Shown here piece by piece: positions 13,519 through 26,400 of a stretch of 64,000 nt of DNA; within the stretch, counting starts at the first letter, position 1, and each line of letters starts with the position of its first letter. Source of the stretch: Vicugna vicugna (Eukaryota). The translations under genes were made by a program, and so were the position numbers. The stretch lies in the NCBI GenBank assembly GCA_013265495.1, contig MU058213.1, forward strand, positions 2,170,001 to 2,234,000, written 5' to 3'. The notes beneath the pieces were generated by a model that saw nothing but the letters and a program-made list of their open reading frames with translations, did not search any database and was not told the origin of the DNA.

Positions 13519-15544
13519 GTAACACCATTTTTAACTTAATATAGGATCACTGATCAATCTAAAAAAATGTCTCTATTAGCTGTTGGAATTTCAGGTACTG
13601 TATAGGGCAATGTTTTTCAGCAGAGGATCTTTCTGGACTTCTTTAAAAATACCTTGTTTGGAGGGTATATATTTGGCAACTGGAAAAATATACATCTTCA
13701 TGAGGAAGGCTAATTATTTCCCTTTCAATTCTTATATGATGCTAACAGATACTGCTTCCTTCCTCCACTTTCAGAGGTACAGCCTCTCCTTCCCCAGAAC
13801 CCATAAAAAAAGCTGGTGATGATGTTGATAACAGTGATGGCTGATATTCTGCCAACCTTTTTACATTTTTCATGCATTTAGCTCTCATAACAAGCACATT
13901 AATGGGTAGTTGCTCTTTATTTCCCCTCATTTTACGCATGTCCTATCAATAAAAATTACCAATTGTCCTTAAGTGCTATGATGTGAGAATTATTCTAAAA
14001 AGATGACAGGCTTACTGTCTTAACTTCCTCTTCCTCCCAAGTGATAGACCTTATTAATTTAGAACATAGCTTTGGTTACTTACAGAGCTTTTTCTCAGTA
14101 GAGGAGCCAGAGTTACCCAAGAGATGCTGAAGGAGAAATGCAAAAGGGCAAAGACGTGAACAGTGAAAAGCTCTGGTGACAAACTTCATGTAGTTCACAG
14201 TTGACCTAGAGCCAGTCCTTCGATATGAGGGCCTTTCTCCCTGGCTGCAAACCAGGAAGCAGGGTTTTGGTTTCACCTTTTCCTTCCAGGCTCTGCAAGT
14301 GCATGAATGTGCCCCCTACAGACAGCAACCCTGGAGAAGACTGAGCAGAATATTAAATGCCATGATAGAGGAGGGCTGTGATGTCCTATCATAGTAAACA
14401 AAGTACTCTAAGTGGATCCATTTTTGATGCAAGTATTTTAGACATTTCAAAGAAATATGTTCTTTAACTGCCTCATAGTTTGTAATCCATAGTTGTTGTT
14501 TGAGGACTTAAGGCATGAACCATTGCTTATAACCAGAAACTGGGTGATCAAAATCTCTTTAGTACTAGATATGGTTTAGTACAAAAGACGGTTGAAAAAG
14601 ACATATTTTTACAAATTTTGAATCTATGCAGTTTTTGGTCAGCACTGATTCTCATCTAGTCGTCAGGAAGCGTCTGTTGAGGTCATTTTCACTGCCCTTG
14701 GCGTCAGCAGCACATATTGAATAACTCCTAAAATACTGGCAAGTAATATGATTTCAAATTACACTCCTTAATCTTTGCAAGAGAGGAGAAGAAATCATTG
14801 CTGTTTTTAGAAGAAAGGAAGACTCAAGAATCATTTATTTATCACTATGTACATAAATATTTTATCTGAGACATTTATTCCTTCTAATATTGAACAAGAT
14901 AGCTCAGTTTATACATGAACTTTATTAACAAGCATGTGAAAATGTAGTGGATGTAAAATGTTTAGCAAGCAAATACAAACCATTAAAACAATAATTTTTA
15001 TTTTTGTCAAACCAAGTTGAAATTTGCATGTGGACATCAATAAAGAGTAGAAAAAAAAGTGATGTCACATTATCTTGAGCTTATCAATGAAATATGTATG
15101 TAGTCTATTGGGCAGTCTTCATTCTTTCTTGGGAGAGTTAAATATGCTTATTGTTCTCAGATTTAAAATGAGAAAGGAAAGGTACTAATTAACTGGTATG
15201 TTCTCCTTTCTCTGAACTTATGATTCTAACTACATGGTTCATTAGTCCCCCAAAGATGTGATTTAAAAAAAATGAAAAAGAAAAACAGAATACACATATT
15301 GAGCACATAGTAAATACAGACACAGGAAACTAAAGCCCGGGGAGGTTATAAAACTGGTATAAGACCATACAGGAAGAAAGCAACAGAGCTATGAATCAAA
15401 GATGGACCACTTGGTATTCTAAAATTTGATTTTTAAAAAATTTCTTACTAAAAATTTTTTTTAAATGTGCTCCTCTGAGAACTTCACTGTGATGAGTGTA
15501 AGGAAGACCAGAATAGTGGTAATAAGTTTGATGACATATTAATT

Positions 15545-15790
15545 ATTCCTAGCTAACATTTATTGAGTTCCTGCTCCATGTCAGGTATATACCCAGTTGC
15601 TTTACAAGGATTTATCTCCCTTGATTCAGCAGGAGGCGTATGGATTTGAATTGTTTTTATATCGTTTTACAAACGAGGTAACTAAGGCTTAGGGAATTTA
15701 AGAAACTTGACCAAAGTCAGAAAGATAAATACATGTCAGGGCTAAGATTAGAAACCAGGAATCGTGCTTCCAGAGTTGGAGTTTTTCAAT
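15545..15790 (-). mobile_element. MIR SINE
   Basis: agctaacatttattgag...ttttacaaacgaggtaactaaggcttaggg...aacttgaccaaagtca (MIR core). Confidence 0.75.
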
Positions 15791-16611
15791 GTTGTGCAGT
15801 TATCACTGAATCAATTTCTTGAATCAACAATAATCAAAGGATTAAGGAGCTGAGAAAATTTTTCCTCATCCAAATGCTGGGTCTTTTCAGCAAACTGGGC
15901 CCCATCAAAGAAACCTTTATCTGATAATTTGCTTGAGTACATTGCTGACACAAATTTTACAGAAGGGAAAAAAAACAAAAAACAAAATGCAGCACATCAG
16001 TATGAAAGTATAGATGCTGTCACACCAAACAGCATTCGGTGATCATCACCCAAAGTCTAATGATGACTGCCCAAGGAGAAATACTTGAAAAGAGCATCTG
16101 TTTGGATAATATCACTATTTATTAAAATTTAAAAAAAAAACTTACAAAGTTTGCCATCAGTTATGGTGTTAGTTTAAATAAATACCTGTCAACTCCTTGC
16201 TATGGAACCAGTTTTAAAGTAGGACTTAAAAGCCTGATCTGTAATCTAGCCTCCACCACTTACTAGTTCTGTATAATCAGGTAAGCCATGTAGCCTTTCT
16301 GAGTCTGTTTCATCATTTTAGTATGGGGCCAGTAACACGACTGCTATGTCTTGCAGGTTTTTCAAGATAAATTTCAAATGAGAATATGTATCTAAAATAA
16401 ATGTTAGACATTATTATTGTGTTACAGACTCACCACTGTTGAAATGTGCATTTAGAAGGTTTGTCCTGGCATGTGCTTATGAAACAGCTGGTGTGAACTA
16501 AGGGTGCCATTTAGACCAAGAAATAGAACAAAGCTAATTGGCTACACAGGGTCTCAACCCATGTCCTTAGCCTCATTAACTCTGTGCTGTACTAATGAAG
16601 CACACTGTTCC

Positions 16612-16637
16612 TCACTCACTCACTCACTCACTCACTC
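16612..16637 (+). repeat. (ACTC)n microsatellite
   Basis: Direct reading. Confidence 0.9.
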
Positions 16638-17049
16638 AACCTACCTTTTGTGAGTCTGACCTTAGTCCCAGCACTGATGATAGAAAGATGAATGACCATG
16701 GTCTCTATCCTCATGGAGACCACTATCCAGCATGAAACAGCAGGCAGACAAGTAAATTAATAGTCAACATACTTCACAGCAAACTACTTCTATAATAGAG
16801 GTTTATGAAAACTCTAAAGGGCCCAGAGAAGAAAACTTACCACGACTGACTAAAGTGAGTGAGAAAGTACAGTATTCTCATCTTGCTATTGAATTTGTTG
16901 AACCTGAACTTTTTATGTCTTAAAAATGCTTAAGTGCACTTAACTCTACATGTCCAGTAGTCACTCAGATTCCTCATTTGGAAAACTTAAAGGTACATTT
17001 CTTTTTCTTTGTCTTTTCTTTTCCTTTTCTTTTTTTTTCACTTAAGCAA

Positions 17050-17425
17050 TGAACATTGATTATATTACAGCCTGTGGGTCAGAAAATTTTGGAAAAAACT
17101 TAGCTGGGTGTTTCTGCCTTAGGGTTTCTGAGGTGGTTTCATTCAGCATGTCAGCAGGGGCTGTAGTCATGTCAAAGGATGAACGTGGCTGTATAAGTTC
17201 AGCTTCCAAGATAGCTTGCACACATGACAGTTGGCAGGAATTCTCAGTTCCTGACTGGCTGTTGGCAGGAGACCTTAGTTCCTGCCACGTTGAATCTCCT
17301 AGGCACCTTGAGTGTCCTTGTGACATGGCAGCTAGCTTCCCCCAGAGGGAGCAAGAGGCAGTAGGCAAAGGAAAGCCACAGTACCTTGTGTGACCTAGTC
17401 TCCAAAGTCACACTGTTACTTCTGC
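17050..17425. mobile_element. MaLR LTR (MLT1-type)
   Basis: gtgggtcagaaa...ttagctgggtg...ttccaagatagct...acatggcagctagcttcccccag...gacctagtctccaaagtcacac...acttctgcc, characteristic of MLT1. Confidence 0.75.
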
Positions 17426-18803
17426 CCCCAGGTACAATTTTTCAGCGATCCAGAATTTAATGAAAATCTCTAAGAACAGAACTTAGTGCTTACTATCATG
17501 AAATCAACATTTTGCCAGTCCCTCCAAATTGCATTGAATGGCTTATTCCAAAATATTAGTTCCCCGATACATTATTCAGTTACACAGAGCTCAAAACCAC
17601 CGCTTGCTATTTTAGATGTAATCACGTTTTGCCCTCAATCCTCTTGACAGTAAATCAGTTTTCCCAATTCATTTGAATGGATTCAGAGAGCCAATGACTG
17701 GTTACAGGGTTTGTTTGTTTGTTTGTTTAATAATGAGGTCCACTGATTGGTTGACCAGTTCCCTGAAATAAACAGTGAGGTCTGAAATGCAATTCAGTGC
17801 ACACAAGTTTGATTTATGCTTTTTCAAGAATTTCTTTGTTGCTTAAAGCCAAGTGCACTGGCAATTACAGAATTATATAAGAATGGCCCTTTGACGTGAT
17901 CCTTTTGGTTTAGTCAACCTGTACTACCAATAAAAAATGACCAATGATCCAGAGAGCTTGCTTTCCTCCCACCTGAACCATAAATGAGACAAACGATCTA
18001 GCCCAGCTTATGTCTTGGGATATGGGAGGTGAATAGTACCCTAGAGGTTTTATTCCTCCTGAAATTTAATCTTGCCAAAAGATTTATAGGAAAAATGGTC
18101 TTATTGTCTTAATCAATCTGTGAATAAGTTTTGGGACATGTGTGTGGTGTTTAAGTATATACATGGAAGTCACTCATTTACTCTCCTGTGTTGTTTAATG
18201 TCACTAATTGAAGACTTTGAAAAGCTCTTTGCAGAAATGAGTGTGTCTTATTGATAAGAATCTGTAGGACTCGGCTCAATGCTGTATTTACATCACTGTA
18301 ATAATACATTATTCAGATCATATACGTAGCAGGTGAAAACTACCCATCAAGCGCCAAGGAAGTTCCGTTAGGGATTTTGGTGTCCTTGCAGGTCAATGAA
18401 GTCATACAGGTCTGTCCCTCTTTCCAGGAGTGACATATTTTATTAGTGCTGCTGTCCCTCAGATACACAATTCCTGCCACTTTCAGAGATGTAAACAATT
18501 TCCATTTTGAAATAACTAACCAGAATCCTGATGATGAGAGCTAAGCAGTGCATTTATGAGAACACACATCCTGACTCCAGAGCACTCATGAAACATTTCT
18601 TCTTAAAAACAGACTGGTGATCACAAACCCTGTTGTTATTTTCTTTTTGAAAGTTTTTGAACTACAGCAATATTTTCACACCTCCTTTCCTTGCAGTACG
18701 TACCACGTTCCAGAGACCACCCAGGGTTAGGATCCTCTTACTTGTCTTTCCTTCTATAGGTTTAAACATTTAAACTGCTGACATTATATCCAGTTTACTG
18801 AGG

Positions 18804-18828
18804 GTGTGTGCGTGTGTGTGTGTGTGTG
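18804..18828 (+). repeat. (TG)n microsatellite
   Basis: Direct reading. Confidence 0.9.
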
Positions 18829-20199
18829 GCATATATATGGCACTATGCTGGGCGCTGGGGGCTCTTGACTGAGCATAGCTTCAGTACTTTGTTTTGGGTC
18901 TTACGTATCAGAAAAAGAAGAAAAAAGAAGACTCTGAATAGATAGATGTTCTTTCCTCTGTGTACTGAAGGACACTTTTCAAAACAGTGTATTGGCTAGC
19001 CTGAATTTTTCTGTATAAAAAAGTCAAGTTTTGCCCTACCATCTACTTGCATGTCTAACAGTTTTCCTTGGCTACTGTTTGGTTCGTATAGCCGGAGGCA
19101 GCAGAGATCTGCCCTGGCAGCCAGTCTGGTGGCTGGTGCAGGTGGGGCTCATGCTGCCCCAATGTTTGCCCCCTAATGCAGCCCATTAGACCTTGAACAG
19201 CTGCTCAAGTCCATTAACAGTCAATTAAGCGGCAGAAGCTGTGCTGCTGTGAGCTGACAGTGGGGCTGAGAGCTGGGAAAGGACAGGATCTGGCTCCTAG
19301 CACCTGATACATTGTGTGAAATTTGGGGACGATTTCTGAGAACATCATAGAGATATTACTTGTTTGGTTGTCACATATAGGAGATGGAATGTGTTTTGCC
19401 ACAAGTTTTGCCAATGTGATATCAGGCTTCACTGTTCATTTTGCTGGCCACTATAATATATTAAATATTTAGGCAAAGTAGAGTCAGTTAGAAAGTTGGT
19501 CAAGGAATATTCATCCTTAAGTGTACTGAAAAATGGCATGCCAATCTATGCATATATGCTCCTTATATTGTTTGATCTCAGCTGATAGTTGACTATTCTT
19601 TGGTCCTGAAAAACATCGTCCTATTTTCTAAAAAGCCAAGAAAATGAATAAAAGTAAGCCAGCAGACCAGATGCAGCTTAAAATTTACAAATTATTCCAG
19701 GACTTGAGCTTCTTTCAGGCTCTATTTTAAGATCCAGTACTTTGTTTCAACAGGAGGGTTAGAGGATAGAAAATGCTTTATTGATGGAAAGTAGGAGCTG
19801 CTACTCCCCCCGCCCCAACCTCCTCCACTTGGCAAAGCTAAAAAAGAAAGCAAGACCATTCAATTTCTAGGCAGCTCTTGAAAATGCTAACATCAAGTGG
19901 GAAGCCATTATTTCTGAGTGAGCATCAAAACCTTTGTATCACTCTAAGTTCCACCATTTCCCACTTTGATGTGTGTATATGTCTTTAATTCAGATTTCGG
20001 AGGAATCACCTTCAAATGGGTTTCCACACATGAAAAAGAAGAAAACCACCTGAGATGCGATCTCAGCATCTCCTCAGTCTAACCAGGGCGTTCTGTTTGC
20101 TTCTCGCTGGCTAATTGGGAATGATACTGTGTGCAATGTACTTTTCATGATTCCAAGCACAGCCCACTACATCTAAACCAGTAATGATTAAATTACCTC

Positions 20200-20900
20200 C
20201 GTTATCAAAGAGGCTGCAAGCGCGGCCAGCAGAATTGGCCATCCAGTTGTCTCCTAGGTCGTCGCTCAGGGATACAGGGAAAATTAGGCTGGGGAAGCTC
20301 CAGCCTACAGGCGTCTTCCCCAGACAGAGATGAAGCTGCGCCCTACACAGTTAGTTGTCTGTGCGGTGGTGACAGCCACACCTGGCAGCGGCCACAGTGC
20401 ATCTCCTGCGAGCAAGGGCTGTGGCTCAGCCCAGAGAAGCTTCTCTGTGCAGCCGCGGCAGGGGCAGCAGGGGGAGCCGAGGCGCTCGGGGAGGGAGGCT
20501 GGAGGATCGCAGTGCCTGTGCTGCATTCCCCAAAGCAGCGCCGCGGCCGGCGCTTGCGAAGTTCCCAGCACGCACTCAGCCGCGCTGCTCCTCACCCTCA
20601 ATTGTTGATGAGCCTTAGCGCTCGTCAACGTGCAGGAGACAACCTCTGGTGCTTTCTTGGAGATAGACATGAGAAATGAGCTGCCCAAGGAATCTGGCAA
20701 TGAGAAGAGTGAAAAGCAGTTTGGCGCCCGCAGCTAAGTTGTAAAATTGCTTTGGAGGTTGCCCCGGGGAGCACGAGAGCATTGACAAGAACGGACACCG
20801 TTGCAGACCAAAGGCATGCCCGACTGCACTTGACTGGGATCGCTGGGACGCAGCCTCCGCTCCAACTATTTGTGGCCGAATAAAGGAAAGGAGACTAGAA
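20200..20900 (+). promoter_or_regulatory. UNC13C: CpG-enriched, GC-rich promoter / TSS region of UNC13C
   Basis: The only CpG-dense stretch in an AT-rich window (e.g. cagcgccgcggccggcgcttgcg, ggcgcccgcag). Repeat-free and followed by a strong splice donor. Confidence 0.75.
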
Positions 20901-21017
20901 ACAGGACTGCAAGTGATATTCCTGAAAGAAAAACATACACTCCAGAAGGAGGGGAGAAACAGCCCAGTTGGTTGTGTGCATTTCTTTTCTTTTCTTTTTT
21001 TAAGGAGAATCCCTCAG
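20450..21017 (+). other. UNC13C: Probable non-coding exon 1 of UNC13C (start position uncertain)
   Basis: Ends in near-consensus donor CAG|GTATGT (21017/21018), followed by a GT/T-rich intron start. Lies downstream of the CpG-rich region. Confidence 0.65.
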
Positions 21018-24000
21018 GTATGTTTTGTTTCCCAGTATGCCATGCCTAATCTGCATGTGATTTTTGTGTCTGTGATTTTTCTTGTTGATTCGTTTTGTCT
21101 GCACTTTGAATCCCTATCAGGGTCTTCTTTTAGTGTAGTAGATGGATTTATAAACGCTCAGCTGTCTGGTGTGTAGAATATGGATGGTTCTGTTGAGGGT
21201 TGTAGACTTCTCAGTCATGGCTTTATTTGAAATGCAGAATGATTAATGATTGTTTAGTTTCTGCACAACTTTGAGGGGGGTATCTGCTTAGTGAAAAATA
21301 AGGCTGAGATAAGAGGCTGGGACATTTTCTGACCCCTTGAGATTTGGGGGAAAAATTAGGGCTAAACAGAAAAGTAAAGTTGAGGGCTTCTAGGAAGGGG
21401 TTAAAAGCCAAGGTGTCATAGAGGAACACTGTTATCACCCAAGTATTTTTCCAGCTCAGCATCCAGTCTGGAGCAAAGAGAGCTCTACCAGTGGTTCTGC
21501 ATTTTGAGCTCTTGATCAGTCCTTCAAGAAGAAGATCCTGCAGATGTGCTTCCAAGAGAGGAATTGCTTAAACTGTGGACTTGGTTATATGGCACAGTTG
21601 TTCTAGACTGCTGAAAGAGGCAATGTAGAAAAAATCCCTCTGCTTCAACAGCTTGAGTAAACCCAAACTTCTGCAATTACATCATCGATACACTTGTATA
21701 ATAAAGAGAAAGACAGATATGGCAACAATAGTAATGTTGGCTGCCTTTAGTCCCTAGGCTGAGATGACAAAGCTCAAAGTCACTTTTCCTTATCAGGCTT
21801 TTAAGGAGAAAAAGGAAAGAGGTGGGTGGGTAACACACATCAAATGAGTTTTGGAAAATACTCTGCATGTCTTAAAAAGCCAAGGATGTAAGCTTGTCTC
21901 ATTTTTGAATCAATAGTAAATCTAGTGTTTTAAAAATAATCCTTTCATCTTTAACACTTTAATACAGAATTTTCACAAAAGTAGGTAAAATTGGTAGTAC
22001 GTCAAGCGTGTGTGTATTTAAATTCAGTGAGCTTTACTGGAGGGGAGAAACCAGAGAATGAGAAAGTTTGCTACGTTTTTGCATATATCAAAGTATCTTA
22101 TGGATTTTTAAGTGTTTTGTTAATACAGAGAGTTCATGCCAAAGCTCTGGGACTTTGATTTTTAATTATTGTTGGTCCTACTTTTGTATGATTTAAAAGA
22201 ACAAATGGGATAGAAGTAAATGGTATTTAAATGATCATTTATGCATACTGTACAGTAAATCACCAACCTGCTCTTTTAAAATTAAAACCCTATTTTTGTC
22301 AAATGGTAGCCATCTGGAGCACTGACTTGGACCATGTAGCAAAATGAGGCAGTCAGTTGTCTCAAAATTCTACACATTACTATAATAACAATATCAAAAT
22401 ATGGCAAGCAACTATAAGCAATTCCTAGATCAAAAGAGTGATTTGGAAGATGGACAAAGAGTTGAGTTCACATTCATTAGCAGGGTATGGAAAAATTGTG
22501 CCTTTCTTCTATGTTAACATCTTACATGGGAGCATTACAATATCTGTAGATGAAACACTGTAGCAACAATACAGCAGTAATTTTACTGAATCCACTAAGT
22601 GATTATTTCAAACTAACGAATATACTGTGCTAGGACAATTGAAGTGAATCTTTGAGCTTCTCATTTACAAAGTTGCCTTTTCCTACCATAGTGAAATTCT
22701 GTTGAGACAGTAATTTCAATAGAATTGTGGACTTGGATTTGAAGAAGGATAAATAGGTAGGGTTTATTTCCTAACATTTGATTATTTATTGTTAGATTTC
22801 CATTCTAGGGACTTGGAGACTTCTTCCAGAAATTGTCATCACCACATGATTGACTAAGTCCATGCCTCCGTGAAGTACGAGGGAAACATGTTAGATAAGC
22901 CTAGAGAACGCCCTTTCCATGTGCCTGTTATTAATAAAGGGAACTCTTTCCCTTTCTAGGCCATCTAACCCTTTCTCTGGTTGCTAGTTTTAAAATATGA
23001 AGCAGTAAAGTAAATATGTGATGTACAGACCTACTTGCTTAAGAGCGCATGGAGCATTGTAAACAGATGGCAACTGTGGTGATTCCTCTTTCAAAGACAA
23101 ATTATAGAGATGTGTGTTTGTGTGTGTGTAAGGCTCAACTGAGAAGGGAATAAATATCCTTTGTGTCTTTGCTGATTTAGGGAAAATATGTGATTTTGAA
23201 TATCTGTACATTTTGGTATGAAAATATCTTTTCTCCAGTGCTCCGTGTACTTTCATGTCTGCTGACTTACTCAGCTCATGCAGTGCATGCACCCAACCAG
23301 GAGTTTTCTGAGGCATTATACCACCTGTACGTTGTCTCCCACTTCTAATACCATCAGCTTCCATGATCCATTCTTTCTATCCCGTACTCTTTACTATGGA
23401 GGAAGTTCCCCCAGAATCTTTGAAATGTGAGAATCACCTTCTTACCTGGAAAAAAAAAAAAAAAAGAAATCCTATTTTTCAGCAGAAATTTCGGGAATTT
23501 AAAAATACATACCAAATTTGTTTCTAAAAGCATACTTTTAGGGATAGAAAGTCACTTTCTAACTATATTTTGGTTTATACTTAATATCAACTTATGATGA
23601 CATATATTTACAATAATAGCACATAAACAATAATTATAAATTCAAGGAACTAAACATGCATCTGTTGTTGTTGCTCTTGTTACAAATCCTTCTGGATTGC
23701 AAGTTTTTGTGCTTAGTTGGCTAAGCTCCATTTCCCTTCCAGCTTAAAAAAGGGTGTAGGGGGTGGTTATTAATAGCCCTCTCAGCCTGTAGCTTTTGAG
23801 CAGGCAGAAGACTGAGTGCCCAGTTCTGTAATCTACGGAGATAATGGATGCTACATCAGTGTTTGCTCCACTTGTCTTTTAAGGCACAATTAGGAAGCCA
23901 GGTGGTGTTCTAGCCTGGAGATCAAAAGTCCTCCAGAGGAGAAGTAGAAATGATGACACACTGAATCATTTCCCCTTCTCTTGTGAAAATGACCCAAGAG

Positions 24001-25779
24001 ACTAATTGTTTCCTGTCTTTTGCATTCTAGTTATAATGTATAGTTTAGCCTCAGCATATATACATCATTGTAATCTTGACAGGGGAGAATATGTTATATT
24101 GTTTTTCCTACGTAGAGAGCTAAGAAAGTCTTTGGTGGAAATAAATGCTGGTCAACAAGATAGAAAGTCAACATTATAAATTGTGCCCAAAGGATTCTCA
24201 AAGTATTTTAAAAAGTAATCAGAGAAGATAGGTTTCCCTCTAGAATATTTTCTTGTCTCCCTTAAACTTTTACAACCTTCTTTTTAGCTTGCCTCTCTTC
24301 CCAACACTCTCCACCAGCCCAAGTACTACATTCGGGGTAAAATGTTTTGTTTTCTGAGACTTCTGGCTCTTGAGAATCTCGGTACAATATGTCTGCTTGG
24401 TAGACAAAAGGTGTTTTGCATAGAAATATTTTACTTCTTGTGTTTTATAAGTTGAAATAACTGGCTCTAGAAGCATCTTTTCCAGGCTTCTTATACACAA
24501 GGGAAAAAAAGAAAAGAAAAAAGAATAGCTGTCAGACAAGGAAGACTTTCTATTTTACGGGCAGGTAGGGGGAACTGATGGCTTGGGCCTCCTCATGGAG
24601 GCACGGTTCTGAGACAGGACCCTGGTGATCTGATCCCAGAAAAGCTGGAGGAAGAATGAAGTTGTTTTGAATCATGTCATTTTTAAGTGGCATCTAGCTG
24701 AGAAATCCTAACCAATTGCTTTGTTACTAGGACTATTTTGTGAAAATTACTAATCAGATGAAAATAGAGAATCAATACACACATTCTAACTAGAGCTCAT
24801 GGCTTTTTGTTATCTCATCGAAAATACTGGAATTAGTCAAATCCAGATTCAGTCTCCAACTGTTTGGTAAACTTGGGCTATCATTTCCTGGCATTGGTTT
24901 CCTCATCTGTAATGGAAAACTATGATTCTCCTGACTCAGAAATTCTATAAAATCTGTGCAGTGTAGACTCTATAGCGCTGACTCCATTTGAAATACAGCT
25001 ACAGATTGCTTGATTCTGCTTTGCTTCTCCTGGGGCTGGAGGCTTATAAGTATCATTTACCTGCCTGATGAGCTGAAGAAGCAGTACGAATCCTTTCAGG
25101 ACTTTTAAGAAATTTGATAGCTTGTTTTCTTTCGCACAACTAGCCAATAATAAGCTCTGTCTTAATCATAGTCCATGTAGCTGCATATTTTGTATAAGGC
25201 CCTGGGTGTGCGAGTCGTAAAATATTTGCTGCAGCTTTGACAGATGTTGAAATGCTTCCATTTTGTACAGGAAACAAGTGGTATTTGGATACTTAGCTGC
25301 TCACTTTTAGTCTTCATAGAACAGTTTTGCTGAGACTTTTAAAAATAAAATGTGTATACATACCCTCCTTAGTCATTTGAATAGATTTACTTTCCTTCCG
25401 GCTGTCTGCCTTTCTGGATGGGTACACTCAGGAGAACATGCTAGAAAAAAGGAGACTGCATGAATCGCTCGTGGCTGAAGGGAGAATATAGGAGAATTTG
25501 TATTTCCTTTTTAATTTCAAAGAAACCCGGTTAGCAGAAAGTGGATTATGTAAATTAATTTCATATATGTCAAAATTTAAACTGAATTCTAGTTACTTCT
25601 TAGAAAGCCATCCAGAGGATAAGAAGATCGTGTTAATTACCCAATGAAGTGTCACAACATTCCTGGATTGTAAGTGAGGAACAACTTTTTAAAAGAGAAA
25701 ATGATAAGATATTTAAAATTTGATGAAGAAACAACAAATTTCAATAAACACATAATAACATTCTTCTTCCTTTCAGCCT

Positions 25780-26400
25780 TTAGTGGGAGCGTTCTCTGGA
25801 TCCTCTCTGTCTGCTCTGTCTTGGTGAGCTGAATTCATTTAGTGGCCTCTACTACCTCATGGAGGGGAATTATGCTTATGTGTCTCACCAAAGTCCAGAG
25901 TTTCAACTTCTCTGGTTTCCCCCCGAACAGCTCCTTTCTCTGATATCCTCGTCTCTCAGGCTCAGTCTCATGGCATCTTCACTGCCTTCTTCCTCTTCAT
26001 GACCTATTTTCAATTACTCATCAGCTCTTTTCTCTTCTGTGCCTCCTTTCCAGCCATGTCTTCTCTCCTTCCCCCACTGGCATCACCTTAGTTCAAGTTC
26101 TTGCCCCTTTCTGACGAGAATCCTGCTCTAATCTTCTGCTTATTCTTTCTGTTATGAGCCTCTCCTCTGAGCATCTGTTTTGCATACTACTGCCAGGTTC
26201 ATTGTCCTAAAAAAATGCCTTGACTGTGGCACATGGCACTTCCTGCTCAGAAACTTCCAAGGACACCACATTGTATAGGAAATCAAGCCTAAACTGCTTA
26301 GTGTGGAAAAAAGGTACCCTTCTCAACCCTGTCCCAGACTGCCTTTTTCAGCTTTACCTTCTGGTTCCTTACCCAATCTCTGCCCCCAGTTAAACAGATT
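25780..26400. mobile_element. L2 LINE fragment
   Basis: Pyrimidine-rich L2-like text (cacttcctgctcagaaacttccaa...aagcctaaactgcttag). Confidence 0.55.

Noticed and set aside
20305..20700. Overlapping 73-131 aa ORFs in the GC-rich region
   Set aside because: Expected by chance in stop-poor GC-rich promoter DNA, with no recognisable homology.
22990..23364. 124-aa minus-strand ORF (likewise 37004-37408, 47406-47786 and other short ORFs)
   Set aside because: No recognisable domains. They lie in intronic or repeat-derived DNA and have lengths consistent with chance.
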